Below, piece after piece: positions 28,416 to 39,400 of a stretch of 64,000 nucleotides of DNA. This DNA is from Dehalococcoidia bacterium (GTDB lineage Bacteria; Chloroflexota; Dehalococcoidia; Plut-88900). Made by a program: the position numbers and the translations under genes. The DNA lies in assembly GCA_965207225.1 (NCBI GenBank), contig CBDBLV010000003.1:1-64000 (forward strand), written 5' to 3'. Below the pieces are notes generated by a model that saw only the letters and a list, made by a program, of their open reading frames with translations, was not told the origin of the DNA and did not search any database. Within the stretch, counting starts at the first letter, position 1. Each line of letters starts with the position of its first letter.

Positions 28416-31054
28416 TCAACTCTTGTCTGGCCGCCGCCGGAAGCTCCGGGAGCGTCCTGGTTGCCGCCCCCGCGCCGCTTGCGGGGCCTCTTGTTCTTCT
28501 TGGGCTTGGGCTGGCTTGCCGTCCCGTTGACGGCGCTGGATTGCGGCGGCGCTCCAGCATTCTGCTGCTGCCTCTGCTCCTCCTCCTCATGCTCCAGTTC
28601 ATCCCGGTACTCCTGCGCCATCTTATCGACCTCCGGGTCCTGGGAGGCGATGGCCTCCGCCGTGGTCGTGTACGTCTCGGCCCGCGCCTTCACCCGCTCC
28701 TCGGCGGCGTAACTCCCCGCCTCGGGCTCACGCACTCCCAGGGAGTAGGTGGGCTGCCTCAGCCCGTCCACCGTGGCCCGCACGTAGCAGTGGTGCGTCG
28801 GCAACGACACCAGGTCCTCCTCGTCCAATATGTCCCTGTCCAGCTCGCCTATCAACTGCCTAGCGTCGGACGCCGCCACCTGGAACACCGCCAGGCACCC
28901 AACGTTCGCAAGCAGCGTGTCCTGCATGGTGTCCGACAGCTCCTTCAGCCTAGCAAGGCTCTGGGTGGCCAGGATGAACGACGCCCCAAACTTGCCCAGC
29001 TCGCTGAGCATCGACTCGTAGTCCACCCCGGGCATGGCCTGCATCTCGTCCACCACCACCAGAGCCCCGCGCCTCTCCCCAGGCGGCAGGCTCCCCTGCT
29101 CCCTTATCACCGCGTCCGTCAGGTTGAGCAAAGAGCCTCCCACCAGGCCGGACACGTCCTGCCCCGCAGCCGACTGGGAGGTGGCGACCAAGAGCACGCC
29201 GCCCTCGGCTATGACCTTCCGCAGGTCCAGGGTGGAGCGGCGCTGCCCCAGGATGGCCCTCGCCTTCTTCGACGTGGCGTAGTAGGCCAGGCGGGTCTGC
29301 ACCGGGGCGACGGCGTCGGCCTTCAGCGTACGGGTCCAGTTGCGGAAGTCCCTGGCCCACCACCCCAGCACGTAGGGGTCGGTCACCCTCCTCAGCACCC
29401 GCTTGCGGTACTGAAGGTCGGACAGCATACGCAGCCCGTCCAGGATGGTGCACTGCTCGTCCTCCCTCGTGTCCGGGTGGGTGTTGTACTCGTGCAGGCT
29501 CTTGATCGTGTGCTCCAGGATGGACTGCATCCTCGGCCCCCAGACCTGGTCCCACAGACCCCTGGCGATGCGCACCACCGAGTCGGCCGTCCGGTCCCGG
29601 TCGGGGAAGATACGGGCGTCAAGCAGGTTGATGCCCGGCGAGCGCTCCTCGTCTTTCAGGTCGATGAGGTACGTCCTGTCCACGATCTCCTCGGGCACGT
29701 GCCCCAGCAGGGAGTCCACCAGGTCGTCGTGGGGATCGACGACCACGATGGCGTCCTCGTTGCGGCCCGCCGCCTTCTCCCGCATCTTGTGGACCACCAG
29801 GTGGTGCATCAGGGTGGACTTGCCCATGCGGGTGCGGGCCACGTAGAGGTGGTGGCGGCCCATCGCGTCGGCGGGGAAGTGCACCTTCCTCGGCTTGCCC
29901 ACCACGGTGTCTCCCACGTAGGCCCCGCCTGAGCCGTTCCTCGACGAGGGGGACAGCGCCTTCGCCCCGGTGCGGGCCACCATGGGCAGCTGGTCTCCCG
30001 CCCCCAGGGGGTGCCATAGGGACGCAAGCTCCCGCACCCCCAGCACGTTCCGGCCCGCCAACATACTCCTGCGGGGAGGCGACGGCTCCGTGTCGGGAAC
30101 CACAGTAGGACGAACCCTGGTCGCCCGGAAGCTGGCCCCTGCGGGGTTGTTGTAGTGGCTGTAGGCCGCAGCCACGTTGCGCAATAGCTCCCTGGCCCTG
30201 TTCTCGGTGCCGTGCTCCGACAGCACGGCGGTGACCTCCAGCTGGGCCTCGTAGGCGAGCTTGGAGACCTTCTCCTTGATCATCACCGGGTCCTGGTACT
30301 TGCCCCCGGAGCGCCACTTCTTGAAACGCCACAAGGCCCAGCCCGCCAGGGCTGCCAGGGACGCCACCCCCAGACCAAGCAGGACGGCCTTCCACGTCTC
30401 GCCCCGCTGCACCCACAGGTAGCCCTGGAGGGCGGGCAGGGCCAACAGCGCCAGGATGGTCAGGGTAGCCGCGTTGGTGCGGTCGATCCTGGGCTGGGCG
30501 CTGGAGGCGGAGGTGTTGGGGTCGTAGGCGGGCTTGGGGTTCGTCTTCTCCTGGTGGGCGGCGGACCAGTCCGAACCCAGGGACGACAGCCGCAGCCGCG
30601 CCACCAGCCTCTCCCCCTCCTCAAGGTCGGACAGAGAGCCGATGACGGAGATCAGCGGGTCGGAGCCGGGGTCCAGCAGGTCGTCGTCCCGGTAGGGACG
30701 CAGGGGCAGGTACTCCGGCCCCCTCAGCCGCAGGTCCATCGACCACGCCTGCTCTCCCTCGGCCAGCCTGAGCGGGTCGTCCTCGGCGGAGACCTCGTTC
30801 ACCCTGGCCTGGGGGTAGTGGACGCCCACCTGCTGGCGGACGAAGGAGCCCTCTCTACAGCGGGCCAGCAGGGTGACGCCGTCAACGTCCCCGGCGATCT
30901 CCAACGAGAAGGGTTCGGGGACGGCGATGGACTCCACCATGTTCTGCACGCCCAGCATGGTGCGCTCCCCGGAGCGGGGCGGCGTTATGGCCATCAGCTT
31001 GACGGCGGGCTTCTCCCCGCCCTTGAACAACTTGGCTATCGGGTTGAGTTTCAT
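28412..31054 (-). CDS. type IV coupling protein-like (VirD4/TraD/HerA) ATPase with TM segments
   Basis: Walker A ARTRMGKS, VVDPHDDL, Walker B VVVDEMQ, LATQSL; two TM helices. Confidence 0.85.
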   Translation of the reverse strand: MKLNPIAKLFKGGEKPAVKLMAITPPRSGERTMLGVQNMVESIAVPEPFSLEIAGDVDGVTLLARCREGSFVRQQVGVHYPQARVNEVSAEDDPLRLAEGEQAWSMDLRLRGPEYLPLRPYRDDDLLDPGSDPLISVIGSLSDLEEGERLVARLRLSSLGSDWSAAHQEKTNPKPAYDPNTSASSAQPRIDRTNAATLTILALLALPALQGYLWVQRGETWKAVLLGLGVASLAALAGWALWRFKKWRSGGKYQDPVMIKEKVSKLAYEAQLEVTAVLSEHGTENRARELLRNVAAAYSHYNNPAGASFRATRVRPTVVPDTEPSPPRRSMLAGRNVLGVRELASLWHPLGAGDQLPMVARTGAKALSPSSRNGSGGAYVGDTVVGKPRKVHFPADAMGRHHLYVARTRMGKSTLMHHLVVHKMREKAAGRNEDAIVVVDPHDDLVDSLLGHVPEEIVDRTYLIDLKDEERSPGINLLDARIFPDRDRTADSVVRIARGLWDQVWGPRMQSILEHTIKSLHEYNTHPDTREDEQCTILDGLRMLSDLQYRKRVLRRVTDPYVLGWWARDFRNWTRTLKADAVAPVQTRLAYYATSKKARAILGQRRSTLDLRKVIAEGGVLLVATSQSAAGQDVSGLVGGSLLNLTDAVIREQGSLPPGERRGALVVVDEMQAMPGVDYESMLSELGKFGASFILATQSLARLKELSDTMQDTLLANVGCLAVFQVAASDARQLIGELDRDILDEEDLVSLPTHHCYVRATVDGLRQPTYSLGVREPEAGSYAAEERVKARAETYTTTAEAIASQDPEVDKMAQEYRDELEHEEEEQRQQQNAGAPPQSSAVNGTASQPKPKKNKRPRKRRGGGNQDAPGASGGGQTRVE

Positions 31055-31436
31055 GGGGCATATTCTCCTTATTGTCTAGCGTCACAGCGAAAAGAACGTA
31101 TGAGCTATTATCGGCCATCCGACACGGGGAAAGCAAGGCCCAGATGGCCGCAGAGGACGCTCACGACGCACCGACTCGGCCCGGACTCAGGCGGCGGGCC
31201 GAGGAGCCTGACGTGTCGGACTACAATCGCTCAGGGACGGCTTTCGCCCTGGGAGGGCTGTAAGGAGATTAGGAGCACATTGTAGAATACAATCTCGGTG
31301 ATATCGGTAGCTGTTTGAAGTGGAATCCGGGATGCCTGTAGACAATCCGGCGAGCAGTTTTACTGCGGGTCAGTGCCAAGTTTATTGTACTGATTGTATT
31401 GTAGTCTGTTGTAGTTTCTGACGCAAGGAGGAGCCA

Positions 31437-32306
31437 ATGGTTGACCATGAGGAACCCAGCGTGGACGGGTCGAAGGGTGCTGGCGACGGCAAGAGCATCC
31501 CTCTATCGGATGCCCCCCTATCGGACGATCCCCTACTGGACCTGCTGGACGCTCTGGTGAATGACCGGGGCAAGGTGGCTGCGGCCGAGGCCCTGGGGGT
31601 GAACTACCGCACTATGGTGACCTGCCACGAGTCTCGTCACGTATCGCGGCGGATGCGGAAGGCGTTGGCGGAGTTCAGGGACAAGCACGGTGACGGCGGG
31701 GATGAGCAGGACGATGAGGCCGGTGACATTGTAGCGAGGGTAACGGCGCTGGAAGAACGGGTGGCGGCGATGGAGGAAGCGCATGGAGCACTGGTGGAGA
31801 CCGTCGAGGCCCAGGCGAAGCAGCTGACGGAGTTGCAACGCAATGTTGGAGGATCGGAGGACGGGGCGGAGGAAGAGAAACGGGAGCGGAGCAAGCCTGA
31901 TCGGGTCGATGATGGCGACGGTCAGCGCAGGGAGTGGCGGCCTCCCAGACGGGAGCACGGACTACCCGACGCCGGTGTGGTCACGTCGGAGGAACAGCCC
32001 GACGAGGAGCACGCCTTCGGCCCGGCTGCCCAGTTGGTGGCGGAATGGCGAGGGCTGCGCACCAGAGGTGAGGCTTCGGGCGGCCGGGTTGACCGGGCGA
32101 AGGCTGCGGTGCGCCGGTGGGAGCTGGAGATAGCCATGCTCGGCGACTACGGCCTGACGCTGCCGCCGGAGACCGAACCCCTGGACGCTTCGCGCAGGGA
32201 AGACCACCTGCGGTGGCGGAAGGAGGCGCTGGCAGCGGCCTTGGCGAAAGCAAGGCGGCTGCGCTGGCTGCGGCGAGCACTCACCCTGGGTCTGCGATGG
32301 GGGTAG
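31437..32306 (+). CDS. HTH + coiled-coil hypothetical backbone protein
   Basis: AAGGAGG RBS; AAAEALGVNYRT HTH similar to TAALLGVNRKT of 54861 and 63698. Confidence 0.8.
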   Translation: MVDHEEPSVDGSKGAGDGKSIPLSDAPLSDDPLLDLLDALVNDRGKVAAAEALGVNYRTMVTCHESRHVSRRMRKALAEFRDKHGDGGDEQDDEAGDIVARVTALEERVAAMEEAHGALVETVEAQAKQLTELQRNVGGSEDGAEEEKRERSKPDRVDDGDGQRREWRPPRREHGLPDAGVVTSEEQPDEEHAFGPAAQLVAEWRGLRTRGEASGGRVDRAKAAVRRWELEIAMLGDYGLTLPPETEPLDASRREDHLRWRKEALAAALAKARRLRWLRRALTLGLRWG

Positions 32307-32506
32307 CCGACTGAAGTAGCTCAAGGCGCCCTTCGCCGTCGGCCAGCAGATCGGACAGTCCGCGGCGGACTCGGCTCTTTCCAAGCGATGGACGGAGGTG
32401 GTAGAATGCAACCCGTAGAAGAACGCTCTGTTGGAGGAGCCTCGGAGTGGATGCGCCGGTGTCGGTTGGAGATGGCGCAGGCTCCGGGCCGACTGTCGGG
32501 TGAGAT

Positions 32507-33286
32507 ATGACGACGCCAGACACATTCACCAAAACCGCAGAAGTGCAAGGCGGCTTCCGGCTGCCCGACCCCCCGCAGCGGGAACCGGATGAGATGACGC
32601 AGTACGACCAGCTCTTCAAGTACGGCTACTCCCATGCCTTGGCAGTGCATCTGGGCAACCCGGAGACCACCTTGGTGGAGGCGGACCGCTGGATAGTCGC
32701 CAGGCCGGAGTTCAACAAGGCCCGCGCCCGGCGTCCCGACCTCTTGGTGGCCTTTGGTGTTGATCCCGAGGTGTATCGCCGGAGCAACGGGTACATCGTC
32801 TCGGAGCAGGGGAAGCCGCCGGACTTCGTGCTTGAGGTGGCGTCGGAGAGCACCGGAGCAGTGGACGTGGGGGCCAAACGGGTGGACTATGCCCGTTTGG
32901 GCATACCCGAGTACTGGCGCTTCGACGAGACGGGAGAGTATCACGGGGCGAGGTTGGCCGGTGACCGGCTGGTTGATGGCCGGTACGAACCCATACCGAT
33001 AGAGACCGTGTCCGATGGAGTCCTCCAAGGATACAGTGCCGTGTTGGGCCTGAATCTGCGATGGTCGGATGGTGAGCTGCTGTTCTACGATCCTACCACG
33101 GGACGTCCCATCGCCAGCCTGGAAGACGAGCGGCAGGCGCGAGCGGCCGCCGAGTCCCGCGCCGACACAGAGCAAGCCCGCGCCGAGGCCGAAAGGGAAG
33201 GTCGTTCCGCCGCCGAGTCCCGCGCCGAGGCCGCCGAAGCCCGTATACGGGAGTTGGAGGAGCGGCTTCGCGGCCAGGGAGGGTAA
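32507..33286 (+). CDS. Uma2/DUF820 family endonuclease
   Basis: PDLLVAFGV...PPDFVLEVAS.ST...K..DYARLGIPEYWRFD; C-terminal RAEA coiled coil. Confidence 0.9.
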   Translation: MTTPDTFTKTAEVQGGFRLPDPPQREPDEMTQYDQLFKYGYSHALAVHLGNPETTLVEADRWIVARPEFNKARARRPDLLVAFGVDPEVYRRSNGYIVSEQGKPPDFVLEVASESTGAVDVGAKRVDYARLGIPEYWRFDETGEYHGARLAGDRLVDGRYEPIPIETVSDGVLQGYSAVLGLNLRWSDGELLFYDPTTGRPIASLEDERQARAAAESRADTEQARAEAEREGRSAAESRAEAAEARIRELEERLRGQGG

Positions 33287-33415
33287 ACCTCCGGCTGGCC
33301 TGACGATTGAGAAAATACAGTAAAACCAGGGGGGCACAGAGATGACTAAGGACAGGGGGAATATATCACCGTTGAGAGATGCGACCTCACCAGGTCGCAT
33401 CGTAAACGCCTTCTA

Positions 33416-33436
33416 CCCCCCCCCCCCCCCCCCCCC
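33416..33436. repeat. poly-C homopolymer (21 C) at the 5' end of the giant adhesin gene
   Basis: read directly; preceded by a perfect 10-bp inverted repeat at 33378-33401. Confidence 0.9.
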
Positions 33437-33459
33437 GCATTTCGTGGGGGTTCTCTCTC

Positions 33460-36400
33460 ATGAGGCGCCCCTGGACGGCGCTTCTTGCCCTCGCGCTGCT
33501 GGCGGCGTTCGTCACGCTGAGCACGGAGCAGGCTGACGCGCAGCAGGCATCGCAGACGCTGACCAGCAACATCGGCCAAGCCCACTCCAACGCCGACTTT
33601 GACTCCATCGCACATGACAACGCCCAGGCGTTCACCACTGGCAGCGCCGCCCGCGGCTACACCCTGACCAGCGTTGATGTGGTCTTTCGGACGATCAGTG
33701 ATGCGTCTCTTGCTTCGAAGCTGGCGGTCACAATCAACGAGGACTCCGGCGGAGAGCCGGGCACGGTGTTGGGCACCCTGACGAACCCCGGCACGATTGC
33801 CACCGGCACGAACAGCTTCACGCACGCAGGTCTGGAGCTTGAGGCAGGCACCGCTTACTGGGTGGTGGTGGGCCCCGGGGGATATACTGGTGCTCTCACT
33901 GGAATCAACTGGATCTCACTTACAGCTTCGGACGCCGAGGACACTGGCGGCGCGGACGGCTGGAGCATCGGAGACGATGGATATCAGAATGCGGGCGGCT
34001 CTTGGCAGATGATTCAGGGAAGTTGGAACCTGCGAATCACCATCAAGGGCTTCGCCACCCCACCGCCTCCGCTGGTTTCGAACTTCGGGCAGGCGAACGG
34101 CGGCACCGGCAACTTCGTCCAGCACGACCACGCGCAGGCGTTCACGACGGGCGCCAACGCCGGCGGGTACACCCTGACGGGCGTCGACTTCTCGTTTCCG
34201 CAAATCAACGACGGCGCGCTGGCGGGGAAGCTGACTGCCGAGATCAGAAGCGACAGCGGCGGAGCGCCGGGCGCGGTGGTCGCCACCCTGACCAAGCCCG
34301 GCACGATCGCCGCGGGCACGAACAGCTTCACGCACTCGGGCGTGGCGCTCGCGGCGAACACCACGTACTGGGCGGTGCTGGACGTCACGCTGGTCCTGGT
34401 GCCCGGCGCCAACACCATCCAGAACACCGCGTCGGACGCCGAGGACGCCGGCGGCGCGGACGGCTGGACCATCGCCGACGACGGCCACTACCGGACCTGG
34501 AACACCTCGGGCGCCTGGACCTCCTTCAGCCAGTCCCGCAAGATCACCATCCACGGCACGGCCGTCGAGACGGTCGAGACGGAGACCTTCGTCGCCAACA
34601 CCGGCCAGGCGGACGCTGGTTCAGTAAATCTGTCCAACGATATCGCTCAGGCCTTCACCACCGGCTCCAACAGCTTCGGCTACAGCCTGCGCAGCGTCGA
34701 CGTGCGATTCAACGCTATCCAAAGCGGCTTCAGCTCTTCGGACCTCACCGCCAGCATCCACGCCGCCTCCGGAGGGTCTCCGGGCAGCTCGCTGGGGACC
34801 CTGACCAACCCCGCCAGCTTCCCCGTCTCCAGTTCGGACCAGACGCTGACCTTCACGAGCACGGGCATCGACCTTGCAGCGAACACCTCGTACTTCCTCG
34901 TGATCGATATGAGCGTTAGTCGGGGTAGCAGCTCTTTGGATTACACGGTTTCGGACAGCGAGGACAGCGGAGGCCTGCCCGGCTGGAGCATCAGCCGCAA
35001 CTATTTGGATAGACCCGTTGCCTCGACAGGCGGATGGGGCAACGCCCCGAATGAGTCACTGCAAATCAGCCTCGACGGCCTCAGCAAGCCGGAGCCGCCG
35101 CGGGTGAGCATCCTTGGCGGCGGCGCCGTCACCGAGGGCGTCAGCGCCAGCTTCACGCTGAGGGCGGTCCCGGCGCCCACGGCGGACCTGCCGGTGAGCG
35201 TGACCGTGGCCACGACCGGCGACTTCGGGTACGGCGCGCTGCCCACCAGCGTCACCATTCCGGCCTCGGGCACCGCGACGCTGGAGATCGCCACCACCAA
35301 CGACGACGTGGACGAAGCCCACGGCTCGGTCACGGTGACGCTGGTGGACGGGTCGGACTACGACCTCGCCACGTCGCTGGGGACGGCGACGGTCCGGGTG
35401 CGGGACGACGACCCGCCGCTGGTGAAGAACACCGGTCAGTCGAGCGGCCTGGTGCAGGGCCTGCACGTGGACCTGGCGCAGGGTTTCGACACCGGCGGCA
35501 ACCCCTCGGGGTACACCCTGACCAGCGTGGACGTGGCCTTCAACCGGTCCACCGAGGACTTCGGCTCCAAGCTGACGGTCACCGTCCACAAAGGTGCCAA
35601 CGGGGCTCCCGGCACGGTCGTGGGGACCCTGACCAATCCCGACTGGGTGAACCGGCAGGCCGGCACGTACAGCTTCACGCACCCGGGCGTCGCGCTCGAG
35701 GCGGACACCCGCTACTGGGTCGTGCTGGACGCAGCCGGACTCACGGAAGGCAACAGCCAGGTGAAGTTCACGCAGAGCAACTCCGAGGACGAGGGCGCCG
35801 CGCCCGGCTGGAGCATCAACAACGACGCTCGCATCCGCGCGCAGGGGGGCGGCAACTGGATCACCCTGGTCGGCGGCTCCACTCTGTCGATGGGAGTCAA
35901 CGGCCGGCTGCTGCCCCACGCGGACGGTTCCTACACCGTGCCCCTGGACTGGCCGCTGAAGCCGCTCGGTCTGGGCGCGGGCGAGACGTTCCGGCTGCTG
36001 TTCATGACCGAAGACCACCGCGACGCCACCGCCGCCGACATCGGCGTCTACGACGCCCACGTGCGGGAGGCGGCCCGCGACGGGCACGCCGCCGTCCGGC
36101 GCTACGCCGACCACTTCCGGGTGGTGGGCTCCACCGCCGCGGTGGACGCCCGGGACCACACCCGGACCAACCCCAACAACGCCGGGCACACGGACGCGGA
36201 GGTCTGGTGGCTGAACGGCGAGCGCGTCGCGGCGAACAACGCCGGCTTCTGGTCCGACACCTGGGAGAACTGGGCGATGGCGGACCGGCGCTTCGAGAGC
36301 GGCGAGAGGAGCACCTCGAACGACTGGCCGTGGACGGGCACCCGCACCGACGGTGCGAAGGAGGCGAACCCTCTGGGCGCCAGCAACGCCCGGCGCGGAC

Positions 36401-39400
36401 GGTTCTCGACCACCGACGCGGACACCGGCCCCATCAGCTACAACACCATCGCCAGCACCCAGGACCACGCGTTCTACGGCATCTCGCCCCTGTTCCGGGT
36501 CGAGCCCACGCCGGTGAACGCGCCGCCCGGCGAGCCGGCGGTGATGAGCAACCTGGGCCAGGCGGACGGCGCGGCGTTGACCGTGACGACTGCCAGTACC
36601 GTACGTGACCGCGCGCAGTCGTTCCGCACCGGCAAGAACGGCGGCCACTACCGCCTCAACAGCGTCGACGTCGAGTTTGCCGAGATCGGCGACTCCGACG
36701 CCGCCCGTGATCTGAGGGTACAGATCTGGGCCGGCTCCGGCGGCTCGCCGGGCAGCACCGCCGCCGACGTCCTGGCCGACCTGGCGCGCCCCTCCATGCC
36801 GGTGGGCAGCGCCGACCGGACCTTCACCTTCACCTACCAGGGCGACGACGGTTCGGGGCTGCGGCTTGAGCCGAACACCACCTACTGGGTGTATGTATAC
36901 GACGCGTCCGTGCAGCCCAACAGCACGTACACCCTTCGCGCCACCGCGTCGAACTCCGAGCGCCTGCAGGGCCTGCGCCTGCCCGAGGGCTGGAGCATCG
37001 GCGACGGCCACAGTTCCTGGTCGCTCTACCCCAACCCCGCCGTCTCCTGGAGCACCCACTCCGAGGCGCTCAAGATCGGCCTGAACCTGGGGGCCGCCGA
37101 CGCCTTCGTGCAGTTCCGCACCTGCGCGGGCACGGTGTCGGGCAACGACTGCGACACGGGCTGGGTGATCGCCAACTACAACAGGCACGACCCGCCGCCG
37201 ACGATCACGCTGACCGAGGGCGGCCCGGCGGTGACCTACCAGTGGCAGGCGGTGGACCCCCACGAGCGCCGGCACTTCTACGTCGCCAGCCAGGTGGCTG
37301 AGCCGCTCAGCCACTTCGGCGGCTACATCGGGCCGGGCAAACCGGACCGGGACCGGCTGATGTGCCACACCGGGAGCCGCAGCCCCTACAACCTGGGCGA
37401 CCCCATCGTCGAAGGGCTTGGCCGGGATGGGATCAACTTCGGCTACGGGAGCACCGCCGGCCCGCTGCTGGACCGCCACGACGGCTGCCCCTTCTCGTCG
37501 CAGTCCGTCTACGAGAGCGACGCCAACAAGTGGCGTCCGGTGAGCCTCGCCGCGGGCCAGGACAGCGACGCCTTCGACCACGGGACGTTCCTGATCCACC
37601 GGCCCCACGCCGTCGGCCACAACTTCTATGAAAATGGCGTGCTGTACCAGGTGGGAGGCTTCGACTACCCCGAGGTGCGGGTGCCGCTCATCATCAGGGA
37701 CGACGACGAGTGGGAGCAGACCCTGGAGTTCTCCATCGACGACGGGACCACCTGGACGTCCATCGAGGACGGCGGGCTCAATCTGGCCTTCCCGGCCTCG
37801 CTGAACACGGGGCGCAAGGCGCACTACTTCTGGGTGCGGACGAAGAACGACCCGCCGGCGGACCAGGACAAGCGCTTCTCCATCAGCGCCGACTTCGCCA
37901 AGCCGCTGTTGCGGAGCGGCACGTCGGAGTACTTCCGGTCCCACCGGGTCTGGTTCACCAGCCCCGCCGCCTCGCACCTGCACACCTTCAGAACTGACTC
38001 TGCCGTCAGCGCCGGCTCGGTCACGGTCGGCCGCACGCCGGTCCAGGTCGACATCCACGTCGGCGCCAACGTGGTCGGCAACGTGACCTTCCAGGTCGAG
38101 GGCTACAAGCTGTACGAGCGCAGCGACAACCAGATCTCGACGGAGACGCCGCCGAAGACGGTGCGCACCGACAGCTTCAGCTTCCACCGCACGCTGGGCT
38201 CCTGCGTGGGCTGCCAGCGGCTGCTGGGCGACCTGCCCGACCCGGTGGTGGAGCGCGTGGGCGATTTGAGCTACGCCAACCTGTCCGACACGGGCATCGA
38301 CCTGAGCTGGCCGCAGGTGGTCGGCGCCGAGGGCTACGAGGTGCGCTACTGGTCCACCACCTCGCCCTTCCCCGGCGTCCCGGCCGACGAGGCCTGGTTC
38401 GGGGCCGAGCCCAACGACCCGGCCTGGAACATCCGCCACCTGGAGCCGGACACCGAGTACCGGGCGGTGGTCTACTACGCCGACCACGGCGCGACGCAGC
38501 TGAGCACCGCCAGCCCGGTGATTCGCTTCACCACCCTTGCGGCGGGCTCGCCGGTGGAGGCGGAGCCCACGTCGGTGATCGTGGAGCGGGTGCCCGAGGT
38601 GTCGATCAGCGCCGCCGGCGGGACGATCACCGAGGGCGAGGACGCGGTCTACACGGTCACCGTGAACCCCGCGCCCGACGCGCCGCTGGACGTCAGGGTG
38701 GGCGTGGCCGGCCCCGGCTCCGTGGTCGCCGCCCAGCACCTGGGCGAGCGCACGGTCAACGTGCCCACCGGCGGCAGCGTCTCGTTCACCATCCCCACCG
38801 TCGACGACACCGGTTGGGGCTCCAACGGGATGCTCGGCGCGACGGTGCAGTTCGGCGAGGGCTACCGGCTGAACAGGTTCAGGAGCTACGCCTCGGTCTA
38901 TATCGCCAACAACGACCTGCCGCCGCCGCCGCCGGTCCAGCTCAAGCGCGTCTCCGACACCACGGCGACCGTCGCCTGGAAGCCGCAGGGGGACGGCGCG
39001 TCCTACCTGGTCGTCTGGCACGAGAGCTTCACGGGCGTCCCGGTCCTGACGGAAGTCACGACCACCGCCACCGAGCACCAGCTCACCGGCCTTAATCCGC
39101 AGTCGCATTACGTGGTCTCCGTCCTTCACGGGACGACCCAGCTGGACAAGATCACCGTGCGGACCCTGGCCGCCGGCGCGACGCCGAAGACCTTCACGGT
39201 GGACTTCGAGACGCCCGCGCCCAACACGTCCGTGCCGCTGATCAGCGTGACCGCCGACGGCAACGTGACCGAGGGCGGGGACGCGACCTTCACGGTCAGC
39301 GCCAACCCGGCCCCGGCTGCGGACCTGGACGTGAGCGTCACGGTGTCGCAGAGCGACGACTCCGGGATATCCATAGAACATCGGACGGTGACCATCCCGA

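Larger units (their letters stand above)
24846..33300 (-). mobile_element. integrative/mobilisable element 2a backbone (right boundary unknown)
   Basis: LSR, RHH, replication-relaxation protein and coupling-type ATPase on one strand, plus a divergent HTH/coiled-coil gene. Confidence 0.65.

Noticed and set aside
28073-29932. 619-aa + strand ORF and similar long overlapping ORFs (5658-7115, 59007-60098, 52934-54103)
   Set aside because: Antisense to well-supported genes; expected at high GC3
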